Below, in pieces: positions 1 through 6,804 of a stretch of 10,698 nucleotides of DNA. Numbering within the stretch: position 1 is the stretch's first letter; each line of letters opens with the position of its first letter. The notes under the pieces are model-generated. The model was not told the origin of the DNA, ran no database searches, and saw nothing but the letters and a program-made list of their open reading frames with translations. The translations under genes and the position numbers were made by a program. The DNA is from Elusimicrobiota bacterium (GTDB lineage Bacteria > Elusimicrobiota > Elusimicrobia > UBA1565), in the NCBI GenBank assembly GCA_043819795.1, contig JBDREN010000084.1:1-10698 (forward strand), in the 5' to 3' direction.

Positions 1-80
1 ACATGTGCGGCGCGCTCAACGGGATGGAGATCTGCTTCCCAGGGACTGAACTGCGGCTGCGGTTCGGGGTGGCCTCATGA
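1..80 (+). mobile_element. 3' end of a probable transposase gene (runs off the window's left edge)
   Basis: Frame from nt 3 reads MCGALNGMEICFPGTELRLRFGVAS* (TGA 78-80). This resembles the C-terminal LC..LN.TE..[FY]PGT.L.L.[FY].V motif I recall from a putative-transposase family. Only 25 aa are visible. Confidence 0.45.
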
Positions 81-135
81 GGCCGGAAACGCCGAAAAGC
101 GGACAAAAGATCCCGGGCCTATGTCAGTAGGTCTG

Positions 136-210
136 GATTCCGTCTCGCGCCGGTGGTACGCCAGAAAACCCGTCGAGCACGGCTGGAGCCGCGACGTGCT
201 CGTCCATTAG
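136..210 (+). pseudogene. Remnant of YhcG/DUF1016 N-terminal domain
   Basis: Reads DSVSRRWYARKPVEHGWSRDVLVH*, matching the DUF1016 motif R.WY....E.GWSR.VL..QI. The conserved Q position is TAG (208-210), consistent with CAG->TAG. No continuation is recognisable. Confidence 0.75.
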
Positions 211-390
211 GTAGGTCCCCGCCAGACAATCCGCCCGTCCTTCACGCCCTGACCTCTCGGATGACTTCAAGCCACCTGGACCGGCGTCTGCTAGCCCTCC
301 CGATTCCAGCCGCTGATATTATTCGTTGCTGCCATATGGTAAGCTAAACTCATCACCACCCTAAAATCGTCATTGTGTGACACCTCTGTC

Positions 391-414
391 GGATACCGCA
401 CCCCTTGCGGAGGA
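391..414 (+). repeat. Copy 1 of duplicated hairpin element GGATACCGC-CCCCTTG...CGGAGGA
   Basis: GGATACCGCACCCCTTGCGGAGGA. The first 17 nt match 527-543 at 16/17. Forms a CCGCA/TGCGG stem (396-410). Confidence 0.65.
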
Positions 415-526
415 CGCGTCGTAATCCAGGGACAAGGGGGGCAAACAGAACGTCGCGGGCCCATTCATGGGCGTATCGTTCGCAATCCGCGTGACTTCGC
501 CTACGTTTGTAATGTTAGCTTCCATA

Positions 527-556
527 GGATACCGCCCCCCTTGTGGGGGCGGAGGA
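527..556 (+). promoter_or_regulatory. Copy 2 of duplicated element: 8-bp all-GC hairpin next to the operon start codon
   Basis: CCGCCCCC (532-539), 5-nt loop, GGGGGCGG (545-552), then AGG and ATG at 556. The stem covers the expected ribosome-binding region. Confidence 0.55.
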
Positions 557-1575
557 TGTCATTCCCCTCCTCCCTGCTGGCGCTCCTATTGGCCGTCGCA
601 CCTTCTTGGGCGCAGGAGGCGGCCGAATGCAGGCTCTCACGCGATTCTCTGCGCGCTAGTGATCCTCATCTGAATTGCTCCTGCCCGCACGGCGACCGCT
701 CGAACACGATCCCGGACTGCACCGATGGCAACGCCCCGTCGGCCGCCTCCGCGTCCGGCCGTCACAAAAGCGGCGGGATGAGCTTCAACCAGAAGGTCGG
801 CGTGATGGCCACGCAGATGCTCTTCGAAGCGCTGATAAAGAGCATGCTGGCTCCGCCGGAACCGCCGCCTTCGGCGCCGGCGCCTCCTCCCCCGCCGCAG
901 TACGTCGCGAACCCGGCGTACGAGGCGGCGCTTAGGAAGCTCAAGTCGCTCCAAGGGCCGGGCAGCGAGATGCGAGCCGTGCTCGTCGCCGAGCTCTCCG
1001 ATGTGCCCCAAGCGAACCTTCCGCCTAGGACCCCCGACCCTCTCAAACAACTCCTCGCGAGCGCCTGCCTCGGCCAGGCAGCGGCGCGCACGCAAGACGA
1101 TAAGGAAAGCGAGGTGCTGCTTAGGCAGTCCGCGCAAGCGATGGCGGGGCAGATGTTCAGCGTTTCGATGTCAGGCTGCGATATCCCGGAGCCGCCGATG
1201 CCCGCGCCGCCGGCCATAGACAAGCGCCGCAAGGCGGCCGAACTCGCCGCGGACCTCTTCGCGCGGGCCGGCGAGCTGGATTTGAAAGCCGGTCAGTCCC
1301 GCGAGCGCGTGACCCGGGCCGAGGCCGCGGTCGCGCAAGCGGAGAAAGCTGCGGAAGGCGCCGACGAGACGGGCGGCATGGGCCAAGCGGCGCGCGACGC
1401 GGCGGAAGCCGCGCGCAAGGAGCTCGTTGAAGCCAAGGCCGAAGCCGAGCGGCTGGAGCGAGAAGCCAAGGAAGCCGCGGAGAAAGGCCGCAGCATCGCC
1501 GATCGCCTCGACCAGGCCGGCGGGGACGGAAAGAAGCTCGACGACCTTTTTCAGGAGTTCGACGTTGGCCGCTAG
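556..1575 (+). CDS. Secreted hypothetical protein (Cys-motif N-terminus, Pro-rich linkers, C-terminal coiled coil), 339 aa
   Basis: ATG 556 gives a Sec-type signal MSFPSSLLALLLAVAPSWA|QE. Contains C-x15-CxC-x11-C, the linker PPEPPPSAPAPPPPP and an A/E/K/R-rich helical C-terminus. GC-biased third codon positions. Confidence 0.8.
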   Translation: MSFPSSLLALLLAVAPSWAQEAAECRLSRDSLRASDPHLNCSCPHGDRSNTIPDCTDGNAPSAASASGRHKSGGMSFNQKVGVMATQMLFEALIKSMLAPPEPPPSAPAPPPPPQYVANPAYEAALRKLKSLQGPGSEMRAVLVAELSDVPQANLPPRTPDPLKQLLASACLGQAAARTQDDKESEVLLRQSAQAMAGQMFSVSMSGCDIPEPPMPAPPAIDKRRKAAELAADLFARAGELDLKAGQSRERVTRAEAAVAQAEKAAEGADETGGMGQAARDAAEAARKELVEAKAEAERLEREAKEAAEKGRSIADRLDQAGGDGKKLDDLFQEFDVGR

Positions 1576-2533
1576 CCTGCTTTTCGCGCTCCTACTGGCC
1601 GCCCCGCTGAAGGCCGAGAGCCTGCGCCTGGAAGTGCTGCGCCCGGTGCGCAGCGACGCGATCCTCGGCGTGCGCGTGCTGCGCGTCTTCAAGAAGGGCG
1701 AAGTACCGTGCCCCGGCGCCAAGGTCTCCCTGACGCTGCCCGGCGGGCTGCGGGCGGAGGAGCGCGCCGAGGCCTCGGGCATCGCCCGCTTCGACCCGCG
1801 CAAACTGGCCTACGTCCTGCCTCGCTCCGGAGCCGCCCAGCTCACGGCCAAGGCCCGGTGCGGAGCGGCCGCGGCCGAAACGGCGTTCAGCGCCAGCGCG
1901 GCGGAGCTCAAGACGTATCTTCGGGAATCCTCCGCCGGGTTGACCGACGACGGCGTCCGGCTCGCGGGCTCGGGGAAGATGGCGGAGGCTCGCCCCCGTT
2001 TTCTCGCGGCGCTCGAAATGGACCCCTACTCCCAGCGGGCACGCTTCAACCTCGCCCTCGTGGACGAGAAGCTCGGCAGGAGCCGCCTCGCGGTCTCCGA
2101 GTACGTGCGCTACCTGCTCTTGCATCCTGAAACGCCTGACCGCGCCGCTCTTGGGCGCAAGGTGGCGCGGTTGGCGCGCGGGCTCAAGCCCGGCCCGCCC
2201 CTTCCCAAGGAAGCGGCCGATCTCTTCGAGAAGGGGCGCGCAGAGGCTGCCGCGGGCCGCTACGCATTGGCCGGCGCCGCCTTCATGGCGGCCCAGGCGA
2301 TCGCTCCTTGGTGGCCGGAGCCGTACCGCGCGGCCGGGCTGGTGCGCGAGCTTCTGGCGACGCAGGGCACGGGCGGCTTCTCCGTCCACTGCGAGGCCGC
2401 GCTTTCCGAGTTCCAATCGTTTTTGGACATCTCCCCGCGAGACCCGCGCAGGAGAGACATCGAATCGCGGATAGAGCGTCTGCGCGCGATCCGATCCGGG
2501 CTCAAGGCCCCGAAGCAAATAAGGATACAATGA
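1565..2533 (+). CDS. Secreted tetratricopeptide-repeat protein with N-terminal beta-rich domain, 322 aa
   Basis: TTG 1565 with AGGAG at 1553-1557. Signal MAASLLFALLLAAPLKA|ES. TPR-type segments ARPRFLAALEMDPYSQRARFNLALVDEKLG, EYVRYLLLHPETPD, AQAIAPWWPEPYRAAG and FQSFLDISPRDP. Confidence 0.85.
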   Translation: MAASLLFALLLAAPLKAESLRLEVLRPVRSDAILGVRVLRVFKKGEVPCPGAKVSLTLPGGLRAEERAEASGIARFDPRKLAYVLPRSGAAQLTAKARCGAAAAETAFSASAAELKTYLRESSAGLTDDGVRLAGSGKMAEARPRFLAALEMDPYSQRARFNLALVDEKLGRSRLAVSEYVRYLLLHPETPDRAALGRKVARLARGLKPGPPLPKEAADLFEKGRAEAAAGRYALAGAAFMAAQAIAPWWPEPYRAAGLVRELLATQGTGGFSVHCEAALSEFQSFLDISPRDPRRRDIESRIERLRAIRSGLKAPKQIRIQ

Positions 2534-2558
2534 GAAAGAAACTCCTGCCGCTGCCGTT
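2496..2558 (+). repeat. Direct repeat copy 1 (TPR gene / PDZ gene junction)
   Basis: 50/63 nt ungapped identity (hand count) to 5730-5792. Confidence 0.85.
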
Positions 2559-4071
2559 GGTGTTATTCTCCGTCTGCGCCCTGGCTCTTGCCAGCGAAGG
2601 AGGCGCCGTTGAAGCGCGTCAGGGCGACCAACGCCCCGGCGGCTGGCTCGGGCTCAAACTCGCGCTATCGATCTCCCCGGAGCTGCGCAAAGATCTGACC
2701 CTGCCGCCGGACTTAAACGGCCTTCTTGTGCTGGGCGTCTTTAGCGGGACGCCCGCGCAGGATTGCGGCCTAGCGGTTGGGGACGTCCTCGCCAAGATCG
2801 ACGGGGAGTCACTCTCGGACATCGCCCAGATCAAGGCTAAAGGCGCCGGCGCGCGCGTCAAGTTCGAGGTCTACAGGGACGCAGCGGCGCGCCCCGTGAC
2901 GTGCACGCTCGGCGCCTTCACAGCGACTCTGGGGATGCAGGTGAGTAATACGCCGTCAGGTCCCCGCCTAGAGAGCTTCCCCGGCATCGAGAAGGACAAG
3001 GGGATGCGGAAGCTGGGCTGGCCTGCGCAGTCCGTCTATATCCGGTCGCTGGATGGCCAACCGATGAAGGATATCTCCCAAATCAAGGCCGCGCTCGCCC
3101 GCCTCAAGCCTTACGACATGGCTTCCCTTGAGCTGTATTCGGCCAAAAAAAACATCGCTATGCAGGTCAAGCTCGGCGAAGGCGATCCGCCTCCCATGGG
3201 TTTTTTGCTTGAGCGCCCCGCATCCGGCCGCGCGCCGCGCACATTGGTCGTCTCCGCGGACGGCAAGGGAGACTATCTCAGCCCGCTCGGCGCCCTGCTC
3301 CGATCCGGGCCGGGAGACACCCTCCTGCTGCGGGCCGGCCGCTATGCGGAGCCGATCACCGTTTTCGTCTCCAGGCGGACGCTCCGCGGGGAAGGAGAGG
3401 CTACAGTGCTCACCGGCATGCTCTGGCTCGGTGGCGTACGCGACGTGACAGTGGAGGACCTCTCTTTGGAGCAGAAGCCTGGAGTCCCCGACATCGACAC
3501 CACGCTCTGGGTCTTGAACGCCAGCGACGTCGTCTTGCGCCGGCTAAACGTCAGCGGTGGCCGTCTTGGCATCGCCGTCCAGTCTTCCAAGGACGTATCC
3601 GTAGAGGACTGCCGGGCGCGCAAGGCCGTGGTCGGCCTACTCATACACGGGTCTCAGGCCAAGGTGCTACGCTCCCTGTTCCATGACAACGGCGACGGCG
3701 TCATCGTGAGTCTCGGCAGCACCGCGACGCTGCGCTCCCTGACCGTGGTCGACAACCGCTCGAGCGGCGTGACGGCCGACGCGAGCCGCATCGAACTCTA
3801 CGATTCGATCCTCGCCGGCAGCCCCACGCTCTTGAAATGCCAAAGCGACTGCGGCTACTCGGGCGGATACAACGACTATTCCGAGGGCAGCATGAGCGCC
3901 GACCTCATGAAAAACACCGACATCGCGTTGGACCCGCTCTTCGCCGAACGGCTCAAAGGCGACTATCGGCTGAGCCTCGAGTCGCCGCTCATCGGCCGGG
4001 GCCGAGGCGGCGGGCATATCGGCGCCCTGCCTCCGGCGGGCGCGGGCGCGGGCGCGGACGGATTCCGATGA
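2530..4071 (+). CDS. Secreted PDZ-domain + right-handed parallel beta-helix (pectin lyase-like) protein, 513 aa
   Basis: ATGA overlap with the upstream stop. Signal MRKKLLPLPLVLFSVCALALA. PDZ motifs GWLGL...GLLVLGVFSGTPAQDCGLAVGDVLAKIDG, plus a second degenerate PDZ (TLGMQV...IRSLDGQPM). Beta-helix cap VVSADGKGDY...GDTLLLRAGRYAEPI, repeated beta-turn units, and tail DPLF...GDYRL..ESPLIGRG..GGHIGA. Confidence 0.88.
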   Translation: MRKKLLPLPLVLFSVCALALASEGGAVEARQGDQRPGGWLGLKLALSISPELRKDLTLPPDLNGLLVLGVFSGTPAQDCGLAVGDVLAKIDGESLSDIAQIKAKGAGARVKFEVYRDAAARPVTCTLGAFTATLGMQVSNTPSGPRLESFPGIEKDKGMRKLGWPAQSVYIRSLDGQPMKDISQIKAALARLKPYDMASLELYSAKKNIAMQVKLGEGDPPPMGFLLERPASGRAPRTLVVSADGKGDYLSPLGALLRSGPGDTLLLRAGRYAEPITVFVSRRTLRGEGEATVLTGMLWLGGVRDVTVEDLSLEQKPGVPDIDTTLWVLNASDVVLRRLNVSGGRLGIAVQSSKDVSVEDCRARKAVVGLLIHGSQAKVLRSLFHDNGDGVIVSLGSTATLRSLTVVDNRSSGVTADASRIELYDSILAGSPTLLKCQSDCGYSGGYNDYSEGSMSADLMKNTDIALDPLFAERLKGDYRLSLESPLIGRGRGGGHIGALPPAGAGAGADGFR

Positions 4072-4100
4072 TGCTCCTGGTTCACAACGGAGTTCAACTA

Positions 4101-4583
4101 ATGAATAAGAATATCCTTCCTTCGACGCTCATGGCCGTTTCCCTCCTCACGGGCTGCGCGATGGCTCCCGCCGGTCCCGGGACGGGTGAGCCCGCTTTCT
4201 GCGTGTCCAGCATCTTGGGCCAGGGGGGACCGATGACCAGCGGCATATTTAGCAATTATCCGTTCCTTTTCAAACTCCCGCGCAACCTGCGGGTCCTTCC
4301 GGCGGGCAGCTCGTCGGCCGAAGGCTGCGATGTCATGCTGACGATCAGCGAAGGCATCGCGGAGACCACACCCGAAGCGGTCCGTCTTTCCCAACAATAC
4401 GGACGCCAGTCCGACTGCTCCATCACGGCCTTTTCAGCCTACACCAAGAAGCAGTTGTGGAAGGTTGTTTATTTCTCTCCGGACTGCGTGTCGCTGCTGC
4501 CGCTCCTGCGGCGCGATTTTCAGCCGGGCAAGCCCGCCTACAACCTGATCGGAAAACCCGCCCCGTCCGGGGAGCAGCTTTGA
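4101..4583 (+). CDS. Hypothetical lipoprotein, 160 aa
   Basis: ATG 4101 with GGAG at 4089-4092 (alternative ATG 4068 overlaps the upstream TGA). MNKNILPSTLMAVSLLTG|C has lipobox LTGC. Four further Cys residues. TGATG overlap with the next gene. Confidence 0.75.
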   Translation: MNKNILPSTLMAVSLLTGCAMAPAGPGTGEPAFCVSSILGQGGPMTSGIFSNYPFLFKLPRNLRVLPAGSSSAEGCDVMLTISEGIAETTPEAVRLSQQYGRQSDCSITAFSAYTKKQLWKVVYFSPDCVSLLPLLRRDFQPGKPAYNLIGKPAPSGEQL

Positions 4584-5728
4584 TGAGGCTCCTGTTCGCC
4601 GTCTGCCTGGCGGCGCTCGCCTGCCTTCCGGCGCGCGCGGCGGACCCGTCGCCGTTCGCCGACGACATCCAGCGCCTCGAGTCCAAGGAGACGGACTTCC
4701 GGCAGAAGATCGTGTCGCGCAAGAACCTGCGCGACCGGGCCGAGGCCGGCACCGCGAGCCGCAACCCGAAGATCGCCAGCGAGAACCGGGATGCGGCCCG
4801 CGTGCTGTCGAAGGCGATCGAGGATACGCGCGAGTCGCTTGCCACGGTACGGCGCACCCTGCGCAAGCTCAAGGAATTCGGCGGCCTGCTCGCCGAGCTG
4901 AAGCTAAAGCCCAAGGCGCTCTTCGGCGTGGGCTCAGCGACCGGCAACGCCATGATCGTCACCAAAGACGGAGCTCGAAAGCTGACGCCGGGAGAGGCGT
5001 TCGAGGGGGCCGGGCTAATCCGCACCGGCGACGACCCGGCGAACATCATCCTGCCCAACGGCGTGCGGATGACGCTGGCGCCGCGCACACAGTTCGATAC
5101 CCAGGGATGGACGCTCCACGGCGGCAAGATCTATTACGAGACGGTGGCCGATCACGCCTTGGCGGAGCTCAAGGGCCGCTGGAAGGATAAGTTCCAGGTG
5201 CGCACTTCGGCTGTCGTGATCGCTGTCCGTGGCACGAAGTTCACTTTGGGAGCCTCCTCGGACTCGACCACTCTGACCCTCTTCGACGGGGAGGTGGAGA
5301 TCACTCATATCACCGCGTCGACGGGGTCCTTGCCGTCCGGGGAACCGCTCGCGCCCGGAGCGGCGGCGGAGACCGGCCCTGGGGAGACGCGCCTTCTGAG
5401 CGTACAGGGCGGGCTCTTCATCCGCCTGGAGCCTGAGAGCCGCGTGGAAGCGGCCAAGAGCGGCAAGCCCCTCGTCTTTTTGCGCAAAGGGCAGGCCGGC
5501 TTCGCCGCGCGCGCGCCGGAGGGGGATGTCCAAGTCCTGGTTCCCAACGGCAAGGCTCAAGCCGCGAACGCGGATTGGTCCTTGAAAGTCACGCCTTCCG
5601 GCGCGGCGGAGCTTATGCCTCGTTCAGGCGTCATCGTCATGACCGCGGAGGACAAGCGTGTCGAGGCCTCCGCGCTCGACCCGTGGTGGGACACGGCCTA
5701 CCGCCAGCCCGACGATGCCAACGAATAG
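4583..5728 (+). CDS. Secreted FecR-domain protein with N-terminal helical/coiled-coil region and a second FecR-like repeat, 381 aa
   Basis: TGATG coupling. Signal MRLLFAVCLAALACLPARA|AD. FecR motifs IRTGDDPANIILPNGVRMTLAPRT, FQVRTSAVVIAVRGTKF and TLTLFDGEVEI. Weaker second copy FIRLEPESRV...LRKGQ...VQVLVPNG. Confidence 0.85.
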   Translation: MRLLFAVCLAALACLPARAADPSPFADDIQRLESKETDFRQKIVSRKNLRDRAEAGTASRNPKIASENRDAARVLSKAIEDTRESLATVRRTLRKLKEFGGLLAELKLKPKALFGVGSATGNAMIVTKDGARKLTPGEAFEGAGLIRTGDDPANIILPNGVRMTLAPRTQFDTQGWTLHGGKIYYETVADHALAELKGRWKDKFQVRTSAVVIAVRGTKFTLGASSDSTTLTLFDGEVEITHITASTGSLPSGEPLAPGAAAETGPGETRLLSVQGGLFIRLEPESRVEAAKSGKPLVFLRKGQAGFAARAPEGDVQVLVPNGKAQAANADWSLKVTPSGAAELMPRSGVIVMTAEDKRVEASALDPWWDTAYRQPDDANE

Positions 5729-5729
5729 C

Positions 5730-5792
5730 CCGGGCTCAAGGCCCTGATGCACCTGAGAATACGATGAAAGAGAGATTTCTGCTGCTGCCGTT
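5730..5792 (+). repeat. Direct repeat copy 2: orphan diverged copy of the TPR/PDZ gene junction
   Basis: Encodes GLKALMHLRIR* overlapping MKERFLLLPF, versus GLKAPKQIRIQ* / MRKKLLPLPL in copy 1. The ATGA overlap is kept (ATG 5764). Confidence 0.85.
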
Positions 5793-5821
5793 CGCGGCCC
5801 AGGAACGGGACCTGGCCCAAC

Positions 5822-6154
5822 CTACAGCGATTCGGGGACCGGCGCCTCCCTCATCATCGCCTCGACGGCCACGCGTTCGATCTCGTTGGCCGGCTTGGCG
5901 CCGTTCTGCATGAGGTATCGGGCCGCTTCCGCCCGTTTGTAGTACGTCGTGTGGAACAGGACGCTCACTCCGTTCCCGTTGACCGCATTGACGTTCGCCC
6001 CCTGCCCCACGAGCCGCTTCACCTTCGCCAGGTCTCCGGCCTGCGCCGCCCACATGAGCGATGTCGTCCCATGCTGGTCGATGGTGTTCGCGCCGACGCA
6101 GCCCGCGAAGAGCATGCCTGAGAGCAGGGCCCCGTAAAGTCTGGATCGGTCCAT
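5822..6154 (-). CDS. Ankyrin-repeat lipoprotein, 110 aa
   Basis: ATG 6154: MDRSRLYGALLSGMLFAG|C. Ankyrin repeats DQHGTTSLMWAAQAGDLAKVKRLVGQGANVNA and NGNGVSVLF...AARYLMQNGA. Confidence 0.88.
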   Translation of the reverse strand: MDRSRLYGALLSGMLFAGCVGANTIDQHGTTSLMWAAQAGDLAKVKRLVGQGANVNAVNGNGVSVLFHTTYYKRAEAARYLMQNGAKPANEIERVAVEAMMREAPVPESL

Positions 6155-6272
6155 GGTGACGAGGGACTTCAAGCGCGAAAAGTGACGCATAACGGAACCA
6201 TCGTGAGTCATCGGGGGGAGCCGCGCTGGGCGCCGGGCTCAGCGATCGCGCCGCACGGGCCTCCTACAGGAC

Positions 6273-6281
6273 ATAATAGCA
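6273..6281 (-). promoter_or_regulatory. Possible extended -10 promoter for the ankyrin gene
   Basis: Minus strand TG-C-TATTAT about 120 nt upstream of ATG 6154. No correctly spaced -35. Confidence 0.35.
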
Positions 6282-6332
6282 TGCGGGGCGCCGACAATCT
6301 GGTTCCGTCTGCGCTAACGCCACCGGGCCTAT

Positions 6333-6455
6333 CTCCACGGAGTGAACGTAATTGACATATGCTTCCACGAACTCGCAGCCGGCCGGGACGCTCTCATCGG
6401 CATGCTTCCTGGCTTCCAGGGCCTTGTTGAACTTCGCCCGCAGGCTCTCAGCCAC
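6333..6455 (-). pseudogene. C-terminal remnant of a DUF6448-like protein
   Basis: VAESLRAKFNKALEARKHADESVPAGCEFVEAYVNYVHSVE resembles the recalled DUF6448 C-terminal motif R..F..A...K.....SV.AGREFV.AYV.YVHYVE. An in-frame TAG lies six codons upstream and the N-terminal part is absent. Confidence 0.7.
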
Positions 6456-6645
6456 ACTCGCCGAGTTCCTCTAAAGCGGCTGCGGCCGCGTTGCGTGCGG
6501 GAAGGTGCAGGTCGCCCTGCATTTTTTCAAGGCGTTGACGGCGCGCGTCCCGCCCACCCGTCCCAATCCGCGCACGATGGCTACCAATCCCCCCGGCGAC
6601 GATGACCTGCCTGCCGCACAGGCTGGCGGCTGCCTAGAGGCGGAC

Positions 6646-6716
6646 TTCGGCCGGCCTAACGGCGATTTTCTTGGTTTCGTGTTTGGTATGATAGCCACTG
6701 CGTGCCCCTGCAGGGG
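6646..6716. repeat. Intergenic repeat, copy A
   Basis: 6678-6716 matches 7574-7612 at 30/39 nt ungapped, with weaker gapped similarity back to 6646/7543. Contains TATGAT and CCCCTGCAGGGG. Confidence 0.75.
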
Positions 6717-6724
6717 CACGCAGT
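6697..6724. repeat. Perfect 28-bp palindrome
   Basis: ACTGCGTGCCCCTG|CAGGGGCACGCAGT is its own reverse complement. Confidence 0.95.
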
Positions 6725-6804
6725 CGGAAGGAGCGCGGTTGAAGAGAAGTGCAGGGCGCGGCGGTGGACCCGAAGCCGGGTTATTTCTATCTACAACCAG
6801 ATTA

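Noticed and set aside
373..555. N-terminal extension of ORF 373..1575 (likewise the long starts at 1427, 2308, 3837, 4457, 6211 and 6505)
   Set aside because: The extensions overlap other genes or regulatory DNA and would bury clear signal peptides. Downstream starts with an SD or stop-start overlap fit better.
3145..3152. A8 homopolymer inside the PDZ/beta-helix gene as a phase-variation tract
   Set aside because: Short, in frame (Lys-Lys-Asn), and no evidence of length variation from a single sequence.
4036..4059. (GCGGGC)3 GCGGAC microsatellite
   Set aside because: An in-frame Ala-Gly tail in GC-rich DNA with no functional implication visible.
637..5560. Many long antisense and alternate-frame ORFs (e.g. 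1171..1803-, 1592..2530-, 4423..5127-)
   Set aside because: These are shadow ORFs expected in high-GC coding DNA. They are Arg/Ala/Pro-rich with no recognisable motifs and overlap better-supported genes.
5814..5821. GCCCAAC (and GCTAAC near 6313) as further attC R'' boxes
   Set aside because: No matching L''/L' stem or properly spaced GTT could be found by eye.
5764..5913. Short ORF starting MKERFLLLPF as a real gene
   Set aside because: Similarity to gene 3 stops after about 10 codons and the rest overlaps the ankyrin gene antisense. Treated as a remnant.
6224..6244. Hairpin CGCTGGGC-GCCGG-GCTCAGCG as a terminator
   Set aside because: No U-tract on either strand, and such stems are common by chance at this GC content.
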